Assembly (NCBI GenBank): GCA_023213395.1
Contig: CM041465.1
Location: 184,643,741 to 184,707,740 of the forward strand
DNA: 64,000 nt
Reading direction: 5' to 3'
From: Cycas panzhihuaensis
Taxonomy: Eukaryota; Plantae; Cycadophyta
This document shows positions 27,401 to 40,400 of the stretch, piece by piece; positions within the stretch are counted from its first letter, which is position 1, and every line of letters starts with the position of its first letter. The notes below the pieces were generated by a model. The model was not told the origin of the DNA and did no database searches. It was given only the letters and a program-made list of their open reading frames with translations. The position numbers and the translations under genes were made by a program.

Positions 27401-29757
27401 CTTCTCTTCCTTAAGGTACAATAGTTTGTCCTTGGCCTTGAAAATATCTTTGCCCTTAAAATTGATTTTGCCTTTAATAGAAATGACTTGGAACTTATCC
27501 TTGATGATGCCCTTGGCCTTAGTAAGCTTGATCTTATCTTTAAAAATGATTTTGATTTTAAGTTTTTTGACATCTTCCTCCAAGGGATTGTCCTCTTTCC
27601 CTAGAACTTTGACCTTGAAATGTTGGTCTAATTTTTGCCTTGGTAGAAAATGTATGTTCAAGAAACTTACTTTCTTACTTTTTCTCTTTCACAACTAGTA
27701 ACATTACACTCAATTAATCTATCTTAAGCACTTAGGTCCTTAGAGACCTTAATACTTATAACAACCATCTCAAGTCTTTTTATATCACTTACACATCTCA
27801 AAATCTTTTCAACCACTTTTTGCTCACTTATGACTTCTTCTAAGGCTATTATTTTATTGACTAAGCATTAGATTTTTGTAATAAAGTCATTCACACACTT
27901 ATTGTTATTCATCTTAAAGTTCTCAAACTTGTTCATTAAATTTTAAAGTTTCGATGAAGCTGTTTCTTTATAAGTATTCTTCAATGCGTCCCATACTTCC
28001 TTAGGTGTAGTTACTTTACTTACTCTTGAAAAAATGTGATCATTCAAAGCACAAAAGATAAATGCAAAAGCTTTATTGTCTCATTTCTCGTTCTCCTTAA
28101 AGATCTTCTTTTTGTTTTCAATAACATTTACAATAATCACTCCATAACCTGTTTTAATTAATTCCCATATATCCTTAGATATAAAGAAGGGTTTCATTCA
28201 TCTACTATAATTCAAAAAGTTAGTGTTATTAGATTTTGGCACTATAACATTGCTAATTTGAGGCCATAATAAAAAAAATCACCTTAAAATAAAAGTAAAG
28301 TGCTTAAAAAGAAATATTTGAAAAACACTTAAAGAAGGTAATAAAGACACTATAAAAATAAGCAAGACTTATCGCACTTCAACTTTAGGACTTGAACAAG
28401 TGTCCCAATTAAGATTTACCTCCTCCAAAGCATGTTTTTTTATATTAATGATATTTCCAAGCTAAACTTTTTCTAGATTATTCAAGGGTTATCATGCAAG
28501 AAGCCCAAAACTAGCATCAACTTTGGTCATTAAAATGTTACATTAAATGACTTTAAAAAAATCTTGAAATATCATCTACTTAATATAGGACCAAAATATG
28601 AACTCAATACCTTAAATGACACTCAATTCTAGCTTACAATGACTAAGTTATACATTAAAAGATACAAGGAGGTCAAAAGGGTAAATAACTCTTTAGTGCA
28701 TAAACTTCAAAGAAATTTTACATCAATTTTCAACCATTAAAAATGTTGTCAAATAAAGAGCAAACATATCCATGTGACCATTCATTTTATTCAAGTGGAA
28801 GTGTAGAGTACCTTAAAGCTGACAGAACTAAAATTGGACCATGCTAGTGAATGCTATCATTGCTAAAGCAGAAGTAGGTACCAGTTTTGAAGTAGCCCTT
28901 TAGAAAAATAACTTAACCTCTTAAAAAATTATACTTCTAGTCACTTGACTCTGCTATGTGACCTATTGGATGAGTGGTGAGGGGCTATAGGACACTCAAG
29001 CTCAAAATATTTTGAATACATTAATAAAAAGAAGTATATATTGCTTGACTAATAAATATTTTTGAAAAGGCACACACTATAAGATAATGTTCAATGATTA
29101 AATAACTGCCTCAAAGTCTCCTAATGAAATAATAGGCACACATAATGGGCTCCTTAGTTGATATTAAGCATGAATGGGATGTAAGGAATGGACTATATAA
29201 ATAAGTATAACATATTGTGCAAAAAACACTAGTATGAATGTCCATGTCTATATTGTTGTGAATGTAAAAAGTGATGCATTTGAATATTGAAAAAAGAAGG
29301 GGTTTAGTCATAAACATGATGGTGACACAAATATCAAAAAAGAGTTGCAATATTAAATCGATGTAGAGTCTGTGTAGGTTATTTATAAGATGTAAATATT
29401 TTTAGAAAAAGTTCTTGCAAATAAGTGATATGACAAATATTACAAAACCTTTGGAAAATCCAATCGATGACACAAGTGAGATAAATAGAGTCATAATATA
29501 ATTTGTAGGCTTTACAATATTAACACAACTATCAATGGAGGAGGAGAGATGCATTTAAAATATGGTCACCACAAATATTGATGCATGAAAGGATGTGCAA
29601 AAATTAACATAGAATGATCCTTCAATACTTAGACATAGTTGTGAGTCCTTAATCTAGCCACATATCAAAGGGAAGCCGTAAATATAAAGGTTTTTCTCAA
29701 GAGGTGGACGTGGATATCATTATCATGATCGAGCAACATAAAGAGGATATAGACATA

Positions 29758-30331
29758 AATATCATTATCACGAGCATATGTCAAGAGATTACAAAAAGGA
29801 TATCATTGGATAGTATGAAATCCACACTACTGTCATTCTTCCTAGCCTTTATTATGTAGTGCATGGAATCAATGTTTTTGACCCAAAATTTAACATTGTT
29901 TTACCTAGTGTAGACATGAAAATTTATTTCCCTCATATAGAGAAGAAACATCACCTTATTTCTCTCCATGCATTGATTAAAGAACTCTTATTTAGCCCTA
30001 ATTAGATTGATAAATATATATGTGTATTGAGTGACCAGAAGAAACCCATTATCTTTTATATGGGAAGACTTGATCAGGTGAAAAATATGATAGGATTGCT
30101 TGAATGGTTTGGAATGAAAATTTGATTAAGGGAGTTGGTCAACCTTATTGTAGTTGCCAGTGAAGTTGACCCATCAAAATCTAAAGATAGAGAAGAAGTG
30201 GTTGAAATTGAGAAAATTCACAACCTTCTCATGTAGTATAACTTGAATGGCTAATTTTAATGGATATGTACATAAAAGAATAGAGTACATAATGGTGAGA
30301 TGTATCATTTTATCACTTATAAATACAAGGG
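29758..30331 (+). pseudogene. SUS: Sucrose synthase (GT4/GT-B) intronless gene fragment, ~190 codons, captured inside the Copia leader
   Basis: Manual translation: IIITSICQEIT/(frameshift)[166 protein letters not shown]. This is collinear with the plant SuSy motifs [77 protein letters not shown] and NRVRNGELYRYI. Confidence 0.95.
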
Positions 30332-30659
30332 AAATGATGACTAGCACCTAAACACCAAAGATCTAAGGAAATAAAGTAGTCCCTACACTTATTCAGACTT
30401 AAAATAGACTTAAAACTCATAATAAGCCATATACAATTGTAGATCAAAATATAACAATGGATATTAAAATGCAATGACAAGATTAATGCAAATGATAACC
30501 TAACCAATAAAGAGAATATGTACACCAATAATGTGTGCAATAAACTTCTCATAGACTCCTCTATAGATGGCTTCTCAAACATGGCTTGAACACTTAAATA
30601 ATGGCTTTCAATGCCTGAATGATAGCTTTTGCAAATGGGAAGGTGGATCTGATACCAAA

Positions 30660-30966
30660 TGATGGAATCATGGGACAAAGGGAGTAGAATGACAATGCAA
30701 GAAAAGGGAGAACCATTAATCCATAAGGATGGTGGTGTTGATGAACATTAGGATCATAAGACCCTATGAACAAATAAGCAAGACTGAGAGGGATTTAAAA
30801 CACCTCTCAAAGTCTACCACTGATTGGCATTGACAAATTCCTGACATATTGTCACCCATGCTTGACATGTTGTTGCCACAATATCTTCACCAAGCTAGGT
30901 TATCACCTCAATACGAGTAATCAACACAAGGTGGATATGGCCCCTAATATGGGCATTATTCTAACA
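30660..30966 (-). repeat. 5' LTR of the old Copia
   Basis: Collinear with 12668-12974, TG...CA termini, adjacent PBS. Confidence 0.85.
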
Positions 30967-31057
30967 ATTTTTGTGACCTTATTCCTAAGGATAACTTATT
31001 TTGTACCTAAAGTTTCTGTTAAGTGATTCACATAAAAACCAAATAAAAGGAATAAAA

Positions 31058-34000
31058 TGGTGGACTCCACTCTTCTTATTAACTCACATCCCCACTAATG
31101 TTTCATTATAAAGCAACTAAAGGAAGAATTTGACTTAGAGAAAAGAGAACTGACACAAAAAGAATAGACATAGAAAGAATGAAAAGATGTTATAAGGATA
31201 CCTCCCATAAACCACTTCCCCACAAGGAGGTCATTATATTGGATTCCATTTCCTTTAAATCAATCACTAAGCAGGAAAGTGTTCCATAGGAGAAGAAATT
31301 TTTATTCACCACCCAAATTTAAAAGGTTATTAGGCATTAATGATCACACACATAGAGATTAATGTGAAGCATGTGAGGAAACTACTTATACCCACCAAGA
31401 TGTTTTCATGTCTTATTTACATACAACAAGTGGAGTTCAAAGGAAGAATGAAATGAAGCAGTTGTAATAATTATCAAGATTTTAGAGCATAATTTAGGTT
31501 ATCAACCTATTATCTTCATTTTATATCATTTAACCTTAGTAATATAGGAAGACAACTAGTGTTTAAAGGTATATATCCATTCCTTTTCATATTTTAAGAA
31601 AAGTAATTAGATAACATTCTGATAATTGACAACACTAGGGTAACCATGTATCAGGTAAATTCTCTGATATACATGGATTACAAAGAGAAATATTATGCTT
31701 TATGGTAATATGGTTTATCCAAGATTACCTTAATCCTTAAGATATTCCCATTCTCAAAATTGATAGTGTAATTGTCATAATATGTAGATATGATAAGGAA
31801 AATTTTGGGAGCTAATGCTCAAACCATTGCACTATTGACTATCAATCACTTCAAGAAATTTTTTTAACTCCCTAAGCTAAACATAGCTTATGATGAAGAA
31901 AAGTTATAGAGGATGGTAGCTAATGATAAAGACATTACTAAAGAAATGGGAGATTGGTATATAAAAAGACCTAAGAAGGTAGTAAAGAGAGAAATTTAGA
32001 AGACATATTTATTTAAAGAAGACATAAGACTTTGGAATTCTCTCTTATCTTGAGTTCTTAGCTTCAATAATGATACCTAGATGTACATAACATAGGTCTT
32101 CATAATTTTAAAGTGTTTCAAGGAAGATTCCTTACTGGATTGGGCAAAAATTCTAAGTTAGACTATTATCAAACAACTCTATGGTCTACACTAAAGTATT
32201 AAGTTTTATATAACATCTTATTTGATCTATGTAATAGTAGGGACTATGGATTTCCCAGCTTTTCTTCTTGAGGCCAAAATTAATAATGCCCCTATTTAGT
32301 TCTAATACCAAAAGGATTAGGAGAATATAATGCTTTTTCACCCCATATGCATAGGTTAGGAATGTTATATGCAATCGCTAAGAAAGATCCTATGTAATTA
32401 AGGGGTCTTTCCATTAGATATTGGGGCATTAACAACTAGATAGAAATCAACCATGAAGGGAAAATGATAGAGGTTAGAAATTTTAAAAAGGCAACTCCTA
32501 TATATTATGATCCTAACAGAATAATAGCAAGTGACATGAGGATGATTAAGATGACACCTAAGATATATCAATCCAATGGTCTAAAGCCTTTTTGAAATTA
32601 GGATGATAAAGACTAGAGATGCCCTTTTAAATAAATAATTTTCCATTACCTTACACTAATATTTCTAGTATCCACTAGTGCTCTAGAAGGAAAAGAAACA
32701 ATATAGGCAATAGTCAAGTAAGCACAAGAGTGCAAGAAGGAGAAGCTGCTTAAAGAATCAAAGGATAAAGAGAAGAACAATAGAAAATAAAAGCTTTTTC
32801 TAATTCCATCCATGTCAGCTTCACATGTTACTATTAAGATGAGTGTGCAAAGCCCAACTAAGAAGAAATAGAAGATTATAGACACTCCTATAGTCACACT
32901 TGTACCCAAAGAATTGGACTCCATCATACCATTAAAAAGTATAGGGGAGGAAGAACCTACAAGAGAGACTAAACAAACACACATAATGTAGTTGTTAGAC
33001 ACTAGTGAAGCCTTGGTTTTAATTGATTCTAAAAGGGAGAATAAGACAACACCTCTAAAGAATCAACTTCTTAAAAAGGAGATAGAGTGGACCCCTTAAA
33101 TAGCCCTATCTCCTTAACAGTAGCTCCATGTAGTAAGCACTATTGAAAAGATAATGGATGTTATAGGCCTTGAAGGCAGGCAAGTTACACACAAAATACA
33201 AGAGACATTAAAAGAAACATATTATTCTCTAAAGGATATTAAAATACCCATCATAGATGAAATGGAAACCCATGATGGAATCACTGAAGGATAGATAACT
33301 CTTTTTTTATAGGATGAATACCTAGTACAATCTCCAAATTTCAATATCAAGGAAATTGTTCCTAAACTCAAAATAGGTTATAGAGAAGAGATGGCACCTT
33401 TACTTGGTCAAGAGGGTAAGATTGAAACAAGTTCTTGGATAATGCAATAAATTAGGAATAGAAAATTAGATTTGACTCCTGACCCATCCACAACTTTCGA
33501 TGAAGAAGTTAAGGCTGAGTTCTATGACTAGGATAAGAAAGAGAGAAGCATCAAGAAATTAGTTTAATTTTGAAAAAGAGAAGGTGACTGAACTCTCCAC
33601 TTAGTCTACTCACAATGATATGATAGTTGAGTCTCTAGATTTAAATATGACCACCTGTTAGATGATAAAAGCTAAAGTAGTAGAACTTCAAATTTAATTC
33701 CAATAGGTGATCAAAGAAAATACCATGATCTAAGAAGAAAACTTAGCACTAAGACATGGATTAGACTAGATGAAGAACACATGGTGGGATGCTCTAATAG
33801 AAACCAATCAAGATTAGATAAATATCAAAACTAAGGATTTGGTTAGTAGGATTGTAGTGACCAAGAGGTCACTAAAACTTAACATTCTATACATAGAAAG
33901 GCTATTCACAAAGGAAAAGCTTTTAAGACTCCATTCCTTGAATTTCTTCTAGTGAATGGTATACTTGTATAATAGAATATTGGTTCTAAAAACTCTAATA

Positions 34001-34560
34001 AATGAACTCCATAATACTTATGCCACTAAGTTATAACTTGAAGGTAATTTCACCAAACTCCAAAAGGAAATAACTTCAGGAATAACTCAAAGCAAACCAT
34101 GGCATAAAAGTTTTATTTTGAAATGGCAACATGTGATAGAGTTTGGGGTGGATAACTGCAAGAAAATCACCCTTATATTGGAAGGTCTTGAAAGGATTAT
34201 GAATGATATTTCCTTAAAATTCTTTTCTTACATTCAATTTATTAATGCCTCTATACTAAACTAGTGATCCGTAATGGAAAAGCATGAGTTTGTTAAACTG
34301 GTAGATGAAGAAATGGAAACAAGAGGATAATAGTTGGAGACTATAATAATAGAAGAAGTTGAACAATGTATCAAGTTAGTATGGGATTGGAGTAAGCAAT
34401 AGATTTTGCTCAAAAATCTAATGGACTCCTAAGAACATAAATTGGAGGAGGTTAGAGAAAAGTTGTATAAAAGGAGGATCACTTGGAACTCTACAACTCA
34501 AAAACTCTACAAACCATATAAATATAGAAAGAGATTGGTAAACAAAGGGAAGGGAGAGAA
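31058..34560 (+). pseudogene. Long degenerate additional ORF downstream of pol in the Tat-like Gypsy host element
   Basis: Lies 3' of the 10900-12104 integrase once the 12668-30966 insertion is removed. Coding-like, purine-rich plus strand with the motif LDWAKILS*TIIKQLYGLH*SIKFYITSYLIYVI (~32135-32240) and a charged, coiled-coil-like distal part. Heavily interrupted. Confidence 0.5.
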
Positions 34561-36135
34561 ATCTTCGAAACTTTATTTTTGTATTATTATTTATTTTTAG
34601 AAAAAATATTTCAATACAAGTCCACTTCTTTTGTAATTAGAGTTCTTGTATTGTAAAAAGAGGGCTTCCAAAGGGAAGAGTTGAAATGCTATAGAGGTTT
34701 ATTCATATAGTAAAGTATGAGGAAGTGTTAATCATCATTTTGTTCCAAAGGATAAACACTATTGGTAAGTGCATTATTGTTATAGTGTTTTAGTTTGAAT
34801 GGTAAATTTACATTTTAAATATAGAAGGAAATTGCGTTGGGAAGCATTGAGGCACTCGATGAATTCTCCTTTTGTATTTCATTATAATTAAGTTGAATTA
34901 CAAATATTTCATATAGTCATATAGTTTTCTTCTTCTACAATTGAGAGCTACCATGAAGGAGGCAAATAGTAATGGTGGTATGAAATAGACAATCTTGAGA
35001 TACTTAAGCTTTAGTTATTCCATTTGTTTCTTTCAAGGTTATTTCCATCATTGAAAAGTATGAAGTATATGTTGAAGTTTTTTGGTTATACCTTATTCTT
35101 GTTAGTTGGTGGTTTATCTTTCAAGAAACAAGTGGGGTCTGATTAGTCTTTTATATTTATTAACAATTTTAAGGACATTATTGGAAATTATTAGTTGATA
35201 GTATTCCTTTTTGCTAATACCCTTATACTAATGGTAGACCTTCTTTAGAGTCTTTAGCTTAGGGAAGAGTTTGACATAGGTTTTTGTAAACACTTTTATA
35301 AAGACCCCCTCTATTAAGTTTTTCACTTTGGTCATTCTCAAGAGGATTTATAAAATGAAAAGAGGTATTTCATTTATCTAAGCACTCATGTTGTCATTAT
35401 GCTATATTATCCTAAATATCCTAGACCTTAAAGCATTATTAATAGGTATACTAGCCTATCATATTTGACATTTTATAGATAGAAGTAATTACAACCAATG
35501 TACATGAATGGAAGGTAAACGAAGGATAGAGATATGTGAATGAATGGGTCAATTGTTTAGGGTTGGTATGATGCTGGAGGTGCTTTGGTTTGTCTTGGAG
35601 ATGGGCCCTCAAGTTCTTGAAGTAGAATGGGGGCATAGCCGAACGTTGATCGAAAGATAGTGAACTGAGGCAAATGATTATACAGTTTAGGGCTAGTAGG
35701 CAGTTGGTGGTGCTCTGGTTTGACTTGTTAATGGACCTTTAGGTTCCTGACACAGAATGGGTGCATAGATTCCAAAGTCACAATGCTCCCTAGATCTCGA
35801 TCTCTCTTCCAAAGGTAGCTGGTGCAGATGTCTTGAGGACGATGCAAGGGCAGATAGACAAGCGGCGACTGTTACAAGTTTGGCTCCAGAGGGATGCTAA
35901 AGCAGGTATGGGATTCCATTTGGGGAACTAGCATTATTAGTCCTTAAAGGTGACAAGTTTTACTAGGCTAACAGAGGGGAAGGGTTGGGGTTCTTTAGCA
36001 TAAAGAGGCCTCAAGACCAAAGACAAAAAGTAGATTTCTACTAGGAAGGGCTCAGTCCAGTTACCTATCAAACACTAGTCTTAAACTGGTGAGATTTACC
36101 AGATCCAATGAGTCTTTTGTGTGCTTAATTTTATC

Positions 36136-37436
36136 ATGGAGGGATTTTTAAAGGAGCCTCAACAGGAACAACCCTAAAATTTAAACCAGACCCATTCTCC
36201 TCTTAAGAGAAAGTCCTATCTAGATGTTCTAAATAATGGCAAAATGGAAACATTTAACATAAGCCCCACAGTGGACAATGATAAGATTAAAATCCCTATT
36301 CCTAAGAGGTTATCAGATAGGCTGGTAAAACTCTTAGATAATAACCTTATAGGGTGCTTTTTAGGTCCCAGGCTAGGGGTTAGGAAATGGGTTAGCCAAT
36401 GGTGGAAGCTAAAGGGTTTGACTGAGGTTATCATACTCCCTAAGGGATGTGTTCTATTTAATTTCTCTTACCATGAGGATATGGTATATATCCTCCTAAA
36501 GTCATCCTGGATGATGGGGAGGAAGGTAGTCTTATTAGAGAAATGGCATCTAGAATTTGACTTGGTAGAGGGATCTATAAAGAAAATACCGTTATGGGTT
36601 TAGCTCCCTAGCCTTTCGCTTCATGCATAGGATTTAGATGTTATTAAAGGGATAGCAAAGGTTATTGGCCCCCTTTTGGCAGTGGACTCAGTAATGAAGA
36701 ATAGGACTAGACTGGTCAATGCTAGATTTTGTGTCCTAGCCAAAACTGACAAACCGCTCCCAAAGCACGTGATTATTGATGGATGTGGATGGAATAAAGA
36801 GCAAAGATTAGTTTACGAGTTTAAAAGTGTGAGGTGTTCAAAATGTAAATGCTTAGGGCACTTCCCTTCTATTTCCCTGGGGACTTAAATCCAAATCTCT
36901 CAGATCCCCCTGTTGAAGAGACAAAGGAAAATAACACTGAGGAGGAGCCCAAAGCTAGCCCTAAAGAGCCATTAAGAAGTGCAGATTCTCAAAATCTAGA
37001 GGATTAGGAGCCAAAATCTCCTAAGGTGGGGCAGGAGCTTGAATTAATAGAGTTAGGACGTGGGTTGAATTTGGAGGAAGAAGACTCTTTATTTGAAGAA
37101 GGTGAGGTTGAAATTAGGACATCCTTATATGCCATAAAACTTCAGAATGCATATATTCAATGAGGAAATGACGAGGACCCCCCTCAAAGGGAAGAAGACC
37201 ACACTCTAGAGAGGAAGATGGAGAAGATCTGGAAGGTAAGAGACTATAGGACTGAGGAACCAACAAAGGAACCAATCATTAAAGGCCCAGATGTCAGCAG
37301 CGATAAGAGGCCTGAGAGACCATCATTGAAGGTGCTGTGGGAAAGAGAGGTAGCAGTCCAAATTGGTCAAGGAACACAACATACCCTGAAGGATGGAGGT
37401 CCAACTCAGGGGCCTAAAATAAGAAGTAAGAGATGA
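36136..37436 (+). pseudogene. LINE ORF1 (DUF4283/RRM-like plus zinc knuckle)
   Basis: NLIGCFLGPR...VRKWVSQWWK...LLEKWHLEFD...IPLWV*LPSL; ARFCV; YEFKSVRCSKCKCLGH (CCHC knuckle). Confidence 0.88.
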
Positions 37437-37463
37437 GGAGGAATCCATAGGGGGTGAGCAACT

Positions 37464-40400
37464 ATGAAGCTAGCCTCCTAGAATATAGGGGGTATAAATG
37501 CCCTGTCTAAATACAGAATGATCAAAGAGTTGAGGAGTCGAATGAAGCTGAATATCTTACTAATTCAAGAAATAAAATTGTTATCCAGAGAATAAAGCAA
37601 ATATTAAGAATAAAATTTGGAAGGGAGTTGAGTGGATAACCCTTGATGGGATTAGAGGATTTGGTGGGTTGGCCACCTTGTGGAACCCCAGAGCTTTCAG
37701 ATGGAGAGGGGTACATTACTGAGGAGCACTACATATCTAGATGGTTGACAAGTAAAAATTCTAACTACAAGTGGCTAGTCACTAATGTGTATACCCCCTG
37801 ATGCAATAAGGGAGAAAATATTTATGGAACAGGTTATTGGAGGTCCATAAGGCATGGGGGGGGGGGGGGGGGGGGGCTTGGGTGATTGCTGGTGACTTCA
37901 ATATGTCTCTATCCCCTGATGAGAAGAAAGGGGGCTAGGTAGAGTGGACAAAAAGCATGGAGGATCTAGAGGATTTTATGTAGAAGGGTGGATTGATGTA
38001 TGTCCCCCTGAGAGGGAATAAGTATACCTAGTCCAATAGAAGATTAGGACCTAATCATATCTAGGTCAAACTGGATAGGGTTGTGGTTAACTACGCCTGG
38101 GTGAGCTAATATAGTAACATCAGCCTAGAAGATCTGCTAAAGTCTGTTTCATATCATGCCCTACTACTACTGGGACTTAAGGAAAGTAAAGGTTGTATGA
38201 GCCCCCCTTTCTTCTTTGAGCTCATGTGGACTAAGGACCCAAGCCTTCAAGACTGGGTGGAAGAATGGTTGAAGGTCCCAGTGATCAAATGTGTGATATG
38301 GAGATTTTCAAAGAAATTAAACTAGGTGAAATGCTAGATTAAACTCTGGAATAAGAATTCCCATGGTAATATTTTTATCAAGAAGGACCAAATCATGGAG
38401 GAGCTAAAGGCCCTAGAGGAGCAAATTTAGGAGCAAGGGAGGTATCTCCCTTTAGATAAGTAAGAAATGAGCCTATTGTATAACTTAGAGGAAGTCCTGA
38501 CGAAGGAAGAATTTTTTTGAAAATAAAAGTCGAGAGTATTATGGCTAGCAGAGGGAGACAAAAATACAAAATTCTTCCACATGATAACCGTAAAACATAG
38601 AGCCTGCAAACATATTAAATCTCTGATAAATAACCTTAGGGAGATAATATCAGGTCAAGAGTCCATTAAGGGTGCAGTAGTGGAGTGCTTCATGGAACTA
38701 TACAAGGAACCAGGATGTGTTGATGAGACAACTAGAAGGGAGGTTCTAGCCTTGATCCCAAATTTGGTTAGAAGGCCTATGAACAGAATTCTGGAAGCCC
38801 CCTTTTCACCAGATGAGGTAAGAAAATATATTTTCGGTATGAAGAAGGAAAAAGCCCTGGGTTGGATGGCTTCCCCCTAGGGTTCTACCAGGAATATTGG
38901 GATATCACAAAGGATGACTTTCTCAAAGCTGTTATGGAATTTCATGAGAATGGTAGGATCCACGGTGAATGGTAAGCCACTTTCCTGGTTCTTATTTGGA
39001 AGAAAGGTGATGCCAAGAGAATTTACGATTATAGACCTATCAGCCTATGCAACATAAAACATAAAATTTTAGTTAATATTCTCATGAATAAGATGAAAGA
39101 TGTTCTTCCATCGATCATAGGTCAGAATCAGGATGGGTTTGTGAAGGGAAGACAAATTTTGGGTGGGATAATCGTGGTCCATGAAATAATTTATTCGACT
39201 ACTTAAAGGAAGGACCCTGGGATGATTGCTAAGATTTATCTATTAAAGGCCTATGATAGGGTCTTGTGGGGGTGTTTATTGGATTTTATTAGTGCATTTG
39301 GCTTTGGGAATTGCTGGAGATCTTGGATTGAGAGTTGTATCACTAACCCCAGATTTTTGGTGATCATAAATGGTTCTTCTTCTATTTTTTTCTGGGCTAT
39401 AGAGGCCTAAGATAAGGGGACCCTTTGGCTTCTTATATGTTCATCATCTTGGCAAAGATGATTAGTAGGTCCATATAGGATGCTAGGTTATCTGGAAAGA
39501 TCAAGGGCTTAAGGCCCACGTCGAGGATCGACAATGTTGTTCATCATTATTTCATGGATGATAACATTTTGTTAGGTAAGGTAGTTATAAAGGAAGATAG
39601 AGCTATAAAAACTCAATTGACAAGACTCAAGATAATGATGAACCAAAAGATAAACTTGGATAAGAGTAACATCTTCTTTCTGAACACTTTGGAGAGGACC
39701 CATAGAGCCATTAGCAGGATCCTAGAAATGCACATCAGGTCACTGCCTACTACATATCTTGACATACCTCTGTTTTTAGGTAAAATGGAGAAGGACCTAT
39801 GGAATCCCATTATTAGTAGGACCCAGAGGAAGTTAGTGGGATGGAAATGAGCCTTATTGAGTCAAGCTAGAAAACTTCAACTTCTAGTGGCCTCTCTTTA
39901 GAGCATCCCAACATACATGATGTCCTTATTCATGTGCTCTATGAAGGTCAAAAGCACCCTTAAATCTATCCAAAAAAGATTTTTATGGTCTAAGGTTGAG
40001 GATAGCGAGAGATTTTATTTAGTATCTTGGGATAAAGTGTGCCTCCTTAAAAGGGTAGGAGGTCTGAATGTTAAGGATATAACTTGTTTTAATAGAGCTT
40101 TGGTAGCCAAATTGGGATGGAGTCCTACTATCAAGGAGGGCAGGCTCTAGTGTAAGATAGTTGATCACAAATACCTCAAGGATAAGTAATATCTAAAGCA
40201 CACTAATCTAAGGCTCCAAGGGTCTACTATCTAGAGGAGTTTGGAGTATGTGAGGAAGATGCTAGTGAGGGGATCCTAGTGGTATTTAGGGGATGGAAAC
40301 ACTATCGATTTTTGGGTGGACACCTGGCATGGTAAATCATAATTGAATAAGAGGCCTACTCTAGCCCCTCTACAAACTATTTATGAAAGCCTTTATAGAG

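Noticed and set aside
27272-27698. Overlapping Lys-rich and Leu/Ser-rich ORFs
   Set aside because: Off-frame and antisense readings of the low-complexity RG-rich linker of Copia gag
37856-37876. G21 run as a functional G-quadruplex
   Set aside because: Homopolymer expansion (or length error) inside a dead LINE ORF2
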